A DNA stretch of 64,000 bases, from contig JAPPHC010000026.1 of assembly GCA_028821145.1 (NCBI GenBank), positions 5,869-69,868 of the forward strand, given 5' to 3'. Origin of the DNA: Gammaproteobacteria bacterium. GTDB taxonomy: Bacteria > Pseudomonadota > Gammaproteobacteria > Steroidobacterales > Foliamicaceae. Position numbers and translations under genes: made by a program. The notes under the pieces were generated by a model that searched no databases, had not been told where the DNA came from, and saw only the letters and a program-made list of their open reading frames with translations. The first letter of the stretch is position 1. Every line of letters starts with the position of its first letter. Below, piece by piece: positions 55,716 to 63,014 of this stretch.

Positions 55716-56429
55716 ATGGAAATGCAAAGTTCGGTCTGGGAGTTCTACGAGAGCGTCGGCGACATCGACACCCGGCGCAATATGCACGGTTTACTGTCCC
55801 GCCAGACGGAAGAACTCGGGTTCGAACAGTACGCGTTTTTCTCGTTTCAGCCCGGAAAGCGCCCCGAATTGATCTGCAGCGAAGGCTTGCCGCTAGGCCC
55901 TTACCTGACGGAGCGGGCGTTCACGGTGGACCCGATCCTGCATCGCGCGGAGGAGAACGTCACGCCGATCAGCTGGAACACGAGCCGGTGGGACCAACCT
56001 CTCCGTCAACAGGAGCACGCAGTCCTGTCGCAACTGCGCGATCTTGCGATCGAGTGCGGCGTGTCCGTCCCGGTGCATGGTCCGGGCCTCGCATTCAGCG
56101 TCCTGTGCCTGTCCACCCGCGAACGCCTTCGTCCGAATATGCGGATCAACGGAGAATTCGAAGCTGCGTTGCTCCTTCTCGGCGCCTACATAACGTCGAT
56201 AAACCGGGAGCAAACTCAACTCGCCCAGCCGCCTTCCCTGACCATGCGGCAAATCGAGTGTTTATCCTGGACCGCGCAGGGCAAGACCGCGTGGGAAATC
56301 GGCCGAATCCTGAGCATCAGCGAACGAACGGTTCGATTCCACCTGGGCAACGCAATGACGGAGCTTGATGTGATCTCCAAGCATCAGGCCGTGCTCAAGG
56401 CCATCGCGCTGGGCTTGCTGCGTTACTAG
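55716..56429 (+). CDS. LuxR-family autoinducer-binding-domain transcriptional regulator (no cognate synthase in this window)
   Basis: Spacing identical to TraR Y61-x8-D70-P71-x13-W85-x27-G113 (Y..DP..W..G all present). C-terminal HTH LTMRQIECLSWTAQGKTAWEIGRILSISERTVRFHLGNA. Confidence 0.88.
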   Translation: MEMQSSVWEFYESVGDIDTRRNMHGLLSRQTEELGFEQYAFFSFQPGKRPELICSEGLPLGPYLTERAFTVDPILHRAEENVTPISWNTSRWDQPLRQQEHAVLSQLRDLAIECGVSVPVHGPGLAFSVLCLSTRERLRPNMRINGEFEAALLLLGAYITSINREQTQLAQPPSLTMRQIECLSWTAQGKTAWEIGRILSISERTVRFHLGNAMTELDVISKHQAVLKAIALGLLRY

Positions 56430-56441
56430 AAGACTCCGCCG

Positions 56442-57908
56442 CTACCGGGAAAGCACTGCACTTCGCCGAACGGCGTTACGGCCCGCGGAACGGCCGGAGA
56501 TCATTGCTTCCGTCAGATACGTGCCGTTCTGATAAAGGTCGGAAATCATGGAGCCCAGCTGCCCCGCCTCATAAAGCCCCGGAATGGGCTCACCGGCGCG
56601 GTTCAGCACTTCGCCCCTGGGCGTGCGCTTCGCCCCGGCGGACGTGCATACGAGACCCGGCTTGAGTTCGATCGCGTAATACGGAGGCGATACGAGAGGC
56701 TCAAGCGTTGAAGGGTCCCTGTTGAAGAGAGTGTCGGCCTTGTCGGCGCAGGCGGCATTGTATTCGGCAACCGTCTTCACCAGCCGATCAGGGTCCCGAT
56801 CCAGCTTGACGGCAAGATCCGCAATCGAGTCGGCCCGGGTGATCCAGCCCTTCTCCACTTCCCTGCTGTTGTCATCGCTCCAGTCGTACTTCTCGACCGC
56901 CATGTTCCAGGTCATCCATTTCATGCCCAGGCAATTGTTCCTGCGGACGCTCTCGTCGAAGATCATGTGCACGGGCATCACCCAGGCATGCAGGGTGTCG
57001 ACGTAGTGCCCGTGCTGCTTCCACTTGTAGTGCGTGCGGTTGAACGGGTAGGTTTCGTCGCCGAAGCGCCGGTCGTCGGCAGCCACCTCGATCCAGCTGT
57101 AGCTGGCGTAGTCGAACGCGCGCATGAACGCGGTCTCGTATTCGGGCACCTTGAAAGCAAGGTGAAAACCGCCAGAATTCATGCGATTGCGCAAATGCCA
57201 CAGATCGGCGCCCGCGCGCTGCAGGATATGGATGCCGTCGCCGGTGTTGTACGGGCTGCCGAAGGTAGGGACGTCCGTCCACCCCGCGTAATTCCGCTTC
57301 ATGTCCTCGTCGTGTTCATATCCGCCGCAGGCCATCACGACGCCACCGCGGGCCTTGACGGCAACCTTCCGGCCGCCGCGCTCGACTAAAACGCCGAACA
57401 CCTCTCCGCTTTCGCGATCCTGCACCAGGTCCACCGCGGGGCTCTCGTACCAGACCGTGACCGGGCGCCTGTCGATATTCTTCCTGAAAGCCTCCCATAG
57501 CCCTCCCGGCCGGGGCAATATGGTCGCCTGCTCCCTGACCGCCTCCCTGGCGCCCAGATCGGCGAATTCATAGATCGGCTCGGAAACCCGATACTCCTGC
57601 CCGGCCTCCCTGGCGCGTTCTTCGATCCAGGTGTGTAGTTCCATCAGTTCGCTGGCCCAGAATTCGAGCAAGTCCTCCGGAACCGGGTTCGAATAACTCA
57701 GATTGCGCTGATACTGCTTCATGGCCTCCTTGTCTTTCGGAATGACCAGGCCCTGACCCGAAGCACGGGAGTTTCCGCCGGCGTGCTCTTCCGGCGCCTT
57801 CTCCAGTATCAGAACCCTGGCGTCGGGCCGAGCGTCCAGTGCTTCGATCGCGGCGGAACAGGCAGCAATGCCGAATCCGACAATGACAACGTCGTATTCC
57901 TCGGACAT
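56442..57908 (-). CDS. FAD-binding oxidoreductase (fumarate-reductase/KstD-like flavoprotein)
   Basis: YDVVIVGFGIAACSAAIEA...LEKAPEEHAGGNSRASGQG. C-terminal GLYEAGQ motif. Confidence 0.8.
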   Translation of the reverse strand: MSEEYDVVIVGFGIAACSAAIEALDARPDARVLILEKAPEEHAGGNSRASGQGLVIPKDKEAMKQYQRNLSYSNPVPEDLLEFWASELMELHTWIEERAREAGQEYRVSEPIYEFADLGAREAVREQATILPRPGGLWEAFRKNIDRRPVTVWYESPAVDLVQDRESGEVFGVLVERGGRKVAVKARGGVVMACGGYEHDEDMKRNYAGWTDVPTFGSPYNTGDGIHILQRAGADLWHLRNRMNSGGFHLAFKVPEYETAFMRAFDYASYSWIEVAADDRRFGDETYPFNRTHYKWKQHGHYVDTLHAWVMPVHMIFDESVRRNNCLGMKWMTWNMAVEKYDWSDDNSREVEKGWITRADSIADLAVKLDRDPDRLVKTVAEYNAACADKADTLFNRDPSTLEPLVSPPYYAIELKPGLVCTSAGAKRTPRGEVLNRAGEPIPGLYEAGQLGSMISDLYQNGTYLTEAMISGRSAGRNAVRRSAVLSR

Positions 57909-57936
57909 TTGCGGTAATCCGGTCCCGGCGGAACGC

Positions 57937-58869
57937 TCAGACTTTCTCCGGCGTTCGCTTCTTCGGGTATTCCGTCCACAGGTTCAAGCGCCCTTCCCAC
58001 GGCGCCCCGGAACCGAAGATGGTGGGATGAGCCGCCTCGACCAGCTTCCGGTCCGAAACCGAAATCGCATCCCGGTTCGGAAGCTTGATGCCGTTGGTGT
58101 TCCAGATGAGAAAGCCGGGTTGCTGCCCCATGAGCAGCCAGGGCCACCAGATCAGGGACATATTGAGCGAATAGGTGGCCGATGCGTTGGCTACGGATGG
58201 GTCGGCGAGTTCGCGCGCCAGCCCGTTGCTGGTCGTCTTTTCCGAGTACAGGAGGTCCGGGCCGGAGTATTCGAGCGGCCAATTATCCGGATCGAGCGGA
58301 TGCTTGAGGTAAACGCCGGCCGAATACCGCGAAGTCCAGACCCGTTCGCCGGCCTGCGACCACTCCATCGCGAACGGATTGTCGGGGCCGTATCGGGAAA
58401 ACAGCGAACCGTCCGCGCGCAGGAACGAAGGTCCCTGGTCCGTCCACAGCGTCTGACCGCGCCCCTCCCGCTGATGAAAAGGACGCACCGTGCGGCCATT
58501 GAGCGGATTCACGAACGACTCGATCGGTTTGGTTTCGCCCTGGCCGTGATAGACGGTGGCTTCCCAGATGCTGATGCGATGGCCTTCCGGCACAACCTCG
58601 ACCTGACGGCGAATGACGGTAGTGCTGTCGACGAGCCGAACCGGAGCGCTGCCGGGAACCACGGCCTCCATCGTGCCTTTGTACATATGGAAGATAGTGT
58701 CGTCTTCGAGGCTGGCCAGGATCTTGATGAACGCGCGGACATGCGACGCGGGCGTCGGAAACTCCAGCCGCGGAGGCGGTGACGCAGCGTCCGTGCGATC
58801 GGGAACCAGGAACGAAGTTGCAGCGGCGCCAGCGGTTGCGAGCGCGGTTCGGCGGGTCAGCAGGGTCAT
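57937..58869 (-). CDS. Tat-exported DUF1838-like protein (paralogue of 12461..13330)
   Basis: Leader MTLLTRRTALATAGAAATSF. Central FVNPLNGRTVRPF motif. ATGA overlap with the upstream gene. Confidence 0.55.
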   Translation of the reverse strand: MTLLTRRTALATAGAAATSFLVPDRTDAASPPPRLEFPTPASHVRAFIKILASLEDDTIFHMYKGTMEAVVPGSAPVRLVDSTTVIRRQVEVVPEGHRISIWEATVYHGQGETKPIESFVNPLNGRTVRPFHQREGRGQTLWTDQGPSFLRADGSLFSRYGPDNPFAMEWSQAGERVWTSRYSAGVYLKHPLDPDNWPLEYSGPDLLYSEKTTSNGLARELADPSVANASATYSLNMSLIWWPWLLMGQQPGFLIWNTNGIKLPNRDAISVSDRKLVEAAHPTIFGSGAPWEGRLNLWTEYPKKRTPEKV

Positions 58870-59714
58870 GGGTTGCCTCTCAACTGGGCTTCGGTAACGC
58901 GGGGCATCGGGCCGCAGGCCGGAACATTTCCGGAGACGACGGGCCCTTCATTCGCCCGCTTGCAGATCCAGTGATCAATCTGCGGTTTTATCGTTGGATC
59001 GTCGATGATGAAGGTCTTGTTGAGGCATCGCTCCGCGCCGATGCAGGCCACGATCTGCTCGTTCAGATCGACGCGCAGCACGCCGCCGAACTTCGTCAGG
59101 TCCGTCGTCATATAGGACGTGCCGCTGCGCTTGTCGGCATCGGGATGAAACGGGTTCGACGGAATCAGCACGCCGACGCGGATGATCGTGTAGGGCACGC
59201 CGGAGTCCCGGAGGATGTGCTCGGACCGGTTCATGTCCTGGGACAGCTCGTACAGCGGCGGGCTCAGAGGGCAGTCTTCCCTGGGGTTCTCTCCGCAACC
59301 GCCGCCGATGCTGATGAATTGCTTTATCCCCATACGCTTGGCCCAGGGGACGAAGTTCTCGTACATCTGGGTATAGCTTGCCTCGGTGCCGGGCCAGACC
59401 TGCACGGTCTCGAACATCACGTCGAACTGCTTGCCTTCCAGCGCGGCGGCCACTTCATCCGCGATCATCGCATCGCCGACCACGTAATCGACCGGCACAC
59501 CCTCCAGTTTGGAACGGTCGGTGGTGGACCGGACAAACGCCGTGACGTGATCGCCCCGCTCGATCAGCATCCTGGCAACCGCCGACCCCGCATGCCCCGC
59601 CCCGCCGATGATCAACACCCGCTGCTGCGCCATCGCCGCGGTCGAGACAAGCAAGACCATCGCCGCAGCAACGCATAGCGTAGGTCTCAGCCTAGATCCC
59701 GGCATTCTCAACAT
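58866..59714 (-). CDS. NAD(P)-binding Rossmann protein (NmrA/atypical-SDR-like) with an N-terminal signal or anchor sequence
   Basis: ...LCVAAAMVLLVSTAAMAQQ, followed directly by RVLIIGGAGHAGSAVARMLIERG. Confidence 0.72.
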   Translation of the reverse strand: MLRMPGSRLRPTLCVAAAMVLLVSTAAMAQQRVLIIGGAGHAGSAVARMLIERGDHVTAFVRSTTDRSKLEGVPVDYVVGDAMIADEVAAALEGKQFDVMFETVQVWPGTEASYTQMYENFVPWAKRMGIKQFISIGGGCGENPREDCPLSPPLYELSQDMNRSEHILRDSGVPYTIIRVGVLIPSNPFHPDADKRSGTSYMTTDLTKFGGVLRVDLNEQIVACIGAERCLNKTFIIDDPTIKPQIDHWICKRANEGPVVSGNVPACGPMPRVTEAQLRGNP

Positions 59715-59863
59715 TTTTTGATCAGGTCGTGGCTCGGACTCCGCGCTCGGGGACGCGGCTTAGCAATGTCGCCCGCTTTAGCCTTGGGCATCTTCTTTTC
59801 CTGCTTCGGTTTCTGAAGGTACGGGTTCTTAACCGATTTTGAAAAGTCGTATGAGTCTTTCAT
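59708..59863 (-). CDS. Unlisted 51-codon ORF, basic peptide MKDSYDFSKSVKNPYLQKPKQEKKMPKAKAGDIAKPRPRARSPSHDLIKKC
   Basis: My own translation. Its stop overlaps the ATG of the next gene (ATGTTGA). The N-terminal YDFSK..KNPY resembles the N-termini of BrnA/COG3514-type antitoxins. There is no clear Shine-Dalgarno sequence. Confidence 0.3.
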   Translation of the reverse strand: MKDSYDFSKSVKNPYLQKPKQEKKMPKAKAGDIAKPRPRARSPSHDLIKKC

Positions 59864-59902
59864 TGCAAATCGTGTTTCTCACGGTACATCTGCCCTGTGC
59901 TG

Positions 59903-60322
59903 CTACTCCGCGACCAGACTGGATACCCGCTTCTCAACCCCGCGCGCCACTCTAAGCATAGCTTCGAGCAGTTGCTCGTCCACATCCAATTCGCCCTCGT
60001 ACTCGGCCAGATTGCGCTTGCGGTGAGCCTGATCCAGCACGCGCCACTGGGCATTGGACAGGCCGACAGTGTGTTGAAGGCATTGAAAGACCAGATAGCG
60101 GGATTCGGCACGATAGCCTTCGGCCCGCAGAGCCGCGAGCGCCAATGCGTGAGTTGCGTTGTAAGCGAGGTCGAATCGGCTTTCCAGGCTGATATCTGTG
60201 CGCCGACTATCGACGAGCCGCAGGCTGCCTGAGCGCAGCAATCCTTCGAGCTCCGCGCGCGCCGGTGGTTCCGGCTTCAGTTTGCCGATGCGCACTAGGT
60301 TTTTGAGTTCATCTTGCGGCAT
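59903..60322 (-). CDS. HEPN-like putative toxin partner of the upstream nucleotidyltransferase
   Basis: About 139 aa and all-helical in appearance. Strong Shine-Dalgarno GGAGAGGAAG. It overlaps the upstream gene by 14 nt. The candidate motif RNLAEY sits where Rx4H is expected. Confidence 0.5.
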   Translation of the reverse strand: MPQDELKNLVRIGKLKPEPPARAELEGLLRSGSLRLVDSRRTDISLESRFDLAYNATHALALAALRAEGYRAESRYLVFQCLQHTVGLSNAQWRVLDQAHRKRNLAEYEGELDVDEQLLEAMLRVARGVEKRVSSLVAE

Positions 60323-60953
60323 CTTCCTCTCCGATGAGCACAAGGTGTTCGCCCTCGACTACGCGGGTCAGGAATGGGTTGCGAGCAGCTCTCCTACGGT
60401 CGAACTCCGCAGGGGTGTAGAGAGTTGGATTGATCTTTCGAGCAAGATTGGCCTCGACGGGGGCAAGCGCTTCAAACAGCGCCTCCAGCGTCAATTCATC
60501 AGCTACGACCAGAAGATCAATGTCGCTGCTTGCCGTGTCCTCTCCCTTCGCGACGGAGCCGTAGATCAAGGCGAGTGCAATTCTCTCGGCGAGCGGTGCG
60601 AGAGCCTGCCGAATAGGCTCCACCATGGCGACGGTCTTGCGCACCATCGCGCAAAGCTCATCGAAGACGGGACAGTCGGGGTTCGCCCGGAAGTGCTTCT
60701 GCCTGCCTATGTGCTTCACAGTGACCAGGCCGCTTGAAACGAGCCGCTTCAATTCGCGCTGCACAGCACCGGAGCCGGAGCCGGTCAGCCGGATCAGTTC
60801 GCTGGCGTAGAAGCTGCGCACCGGCTGGCCGAACAACAGCGCCAGAACACGCTGCTGGGTGGTAGTAAAGAGCGCGTCGGCAAGACTGGTTGGCGCGTCT
60901 GAGCGACTAACTGCCTTGCCGACGGTCGGGAGTGTTGAATCTATCCTGCCCAT
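60309..60953 (-). CDS. wHTH + minimal nucleotidyltransferase (MNT) domain protein, putative antitoxin/regulator
   Basis: wHTH region QQRVLALLFGQPVRSFYASELIRLTGSGSGAVQRELKRLVSSGLV. NTase motif YGSVAKGEDTASSDIDLLVV. The start is uncertain: the ATG at 60953 is preferred over the GTG at 60983, because the first 10 codons are made of operator palindromes and a TATAAT. Confidence 0.72.
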   Translation of the reverse strand: MGRIDSTLPTVGKAVSRSDAPTSLADALFTTTQQRVLALLFGQPVRSFYASELIRLTGSGSGAVQRELKRLVSSGLVTVKHIGRQKHFRANPDCPVFDELCAMVRKTVAMVEPIRQALAPLAERIALALIYGSVAKGEDTASSDIDLLVVADELTLEALFEALAPVEANLARKINPTLYTPAEFDRRRAARNPFLTRVVEGEHLVLIGEEDAAR

Positions 60954-60982
60954 TGCGGGCATTATATTGCCCATAATGGGCA
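60947..60982. promoter_or_regulatory. Two palindromes sharing the half-site TGCCC(AT), centres 21 bp apart, bracketing a minus-strand TATAAT
   Basis: TGCCCATTGCGGGCA (60947-60961), TGCCCATAATGGGCA (60968-60982), and a minus-strand TATAAT at 60967-60962. Confidence 0.4.
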
Positions 60983-61089
60983 CGTAGCAAGCCCATAGCT
61001 ATATCTGCTCAACGATATTGCCGGTACGCATCCGATGGCTGAACCGACACATCCTGCCCTGCAAAAAAAGAGCGGGGAACCGCTTCTTG

Positions 61090-62250
61090 TCAGGCCAAGT
61101 CGGGTAGATGGAAACGCAGTGCTTTGCGCAGAATTCTGCGCAGGTTCCAGGGACCGACGGGTGACGCGGCAAACAATGTTCTGAACATCACCAGTGCACG
61201 TTGCTCCCATTGGAAAATGTTTCCGTAATGCCACGAGAGCCTTGTGATCGTTGCTGCTCGCAGGCGACGTCGGTTCTCGTATTCCCTCAATCCGGATCCC
61301 GGGTCATTCGCGCGCCTAAGGCTTTCCGCGAGGACGACTGCGTCTTCAATGGCCATGCAGGCGCCCTGGCCAAAGGTCGGCGCCATCGGATGGGCAGCGT
61401 CGCCGATCAGGCTGACCCGGCCGTGCCCCCAGTGCTTGTCCGGGGGACGATCAAGAACTTCGTCGACGAGAATCCTCTCCGGTTGGGTTCCGACGATCAT
61501 TGCACCGAGTTCTGCAGGCAATTCCCTGGAGACTGACCGAAGGAATGCCATGTGATCGTACTCGGCATCCGCCAAGGTGGCATCGAACGGCTTGTTCCGA
61601 CACAAGAACCAATAGGCCTCCTCCGGCCTGACGTCGGGAAACACACCGAGCTGAATTCCGGGAAGCAGCACCGAGAGAACCTCGTGCTTCGTGACCCTGG
61701 GCGTTTCGGCCATGCCCCGATAGCAGTAGTACCGCGCAGATCGAAGTTTCTGTCTACCGAACAATGACGATCGGACTGCCGAACGGACGCCATCCGCGCC
61801 GATCGCAATCTCTCCCACAGCCTCCGTGCCATCGGCAAAACGAAGCGTTACGCCATTCCGGTCCTGTTTGACGCCAACACACTCCTTCGCGGTATGCACC
61901 TGATCCGTATCCAGCGCATCAAGCAGCATTAGCTGCAAATCGGCCCGATGCAATGCGAGTGACGGCGCGCCGCATTCACGGGAGATCGCCCTCACGTCGA
62001 TTGAAGAGATCAGCATCCCTTTGGCGGACAGGACGTTGATCCGGAGCATTTCCGAGCCCAGTGATCGAACCCGCTTGCCCAGCCCCAAGCTCTGGAGTGC
62101 CGTGACGGCGTTCGACCATATCGTTACCCCGGCACCCACCTCGCGAATCTCACCAGCCCGTTCAAAAACCCGGGCATTGATGCCTGCGCGGCGCAACGCT
62201 ACGGCCGCCGCCAGACCACCGATACCACCACCGACTATCAGCACCGTCAT
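61090..62250 (-). CDS. FAD-dependent monooxygenase
   Basis: MTVLIVGGGIGGLAAAVALRRAG...FERAGEIREVGAGV, GADGVRSAVR, and LIGDAAHPMAPTFGQGACMAIED. ATGA overlap with the upstream SRAP gene. Confidence 0.85.
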   Translation of the reverse strand: MTVLIVGGGIGGLAAAVALRRAGINARVFERAGEIREVGAGVTIWSNAVTALQSLGLGKRVRSLGSEMLRINVLSAKGMLISSIDVRAISRECGAPSLALHRADLQLMLLDALDTDQVHTAKECVGVKQDRNGVTLRFADGTEAVGEIAIGADGVRSAVRSSLFGRQKLRSARYYCYRGMAETPRVTKHEVLSVLLPGIQLGVFPDVRPEEAYWFLCRNKPFDATLADAEYDHMAFLRSVSRELPAELGAMIVGTQPERILVDEVLDRPPDKHWGHGRVSLIGDAAHPMAPTFGQGACMAIEDAVVLAESLRRANDPGSGLREYENRRRLRAATITRLSWHYGNIFQWEQRALVMFRTLFAASPVGPWNLRRILRKALRFHLPDLA

Positions 62251-62993
62251 GCTTGGATCGGTTCCAGGACGCGGGCATCGTTGAAGTTCGGATTGTTGAC
62301 GGCGGTGGACACCGGCCACGCCTCCAATGCTTCGGATGGTACGGCGGCGATCTTGTCAAAGGCCGATTTTGCAGGCGCCTCAAGCCAGGCTTTCTGCGCG
62401 TCCCGCGGGAGTATCAACGGCATGCGGTGTCGGTTGCGCCCGGCGTTGTCAATGTCACGCATTAACGAATTGGCGGGCAGCGTCACAATCGTGCAGGACA
62501 GGACCTCCGTGCCGTCGCTCGCGCGTGAACTTTCCCACAGTCCGCCGAACGCGAACCCTCCCTGCCCCTTGAGCCGTATATGCCAGGGCTGCTTGGTCCT
62601 GAAGCCGGGGCGGGCTTGCCATTCGTAGAACCCGGTGGCGTAGATCAAGCAGCGCTGTTCGCGCTTCCACGCGTTGCGATACGCGTTCTTGTCCGCCATC
62701 TCCTCCGAGCGCGCATTGGCGGTGCTGTATTTGGGCACTTCTCCCCGCGCCCACACCGGAATCAGCGGCCAGATGGCCTCTTCGCCGACAAGCTCATCGC
62801 CCCGCTGCAGGACGATCGGCACGCGGGTGATGCGCCGGGGCGAGGCACGCTGCGACCCGGCGGGAAGCGGCGGTTCGGATGGGCTGATGTTGTAGCGCGG
62901 CTCGAACCCGTCTTGATCAATGATCGAGTAAAGAACATCGAGCGCGTCCATCCACGCCCTGGGATCGGTGATGATGTTGAATCGCCCGCACAC
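62247..62993 (-). CDS. SOS-response-associated peptidase (SRAP/YedK family)
   Basis: Begins (f)M-CGRFNI with the catalytic Cys2. Also has YNISPS and FYEW motifs. GTG start. Confidence 0.88.
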   Translation of the reverse strand: MCGRFNIITDPRAWMDALDVLYSIIDQDGFEPRYNISPSEPPLPAGSQRASPRRITRVPIVLQRGDELVGEEAIWPLIPVWARGEVPKYSTANARSEEMADKNAYRNAWKREQRCLIYATGFYEWQARPGFRTKQPWHIRLKGQGGFAFGGLWESSRASDGTEVLSCTIVTLPANSLMRDIDNAGRNRHRMPLILPRDAQKAWLEAPAKSAFDKIAAVPSEALEAWPVSTAVNNPNFNDARVLEPIQA

Positions 62994-63014
62994 GTTGACG
63001 CCCGAATGCCTTGC

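Noticed and set aside
59860-60111. 83-aa track ORF overlapping the 3' half of the HEPN-like gene
   Set aside because: It is in an alternative frame within the better-supported 59903-60322 gene. It has no Shine-Dalgarno sequence and no recognisable motif.
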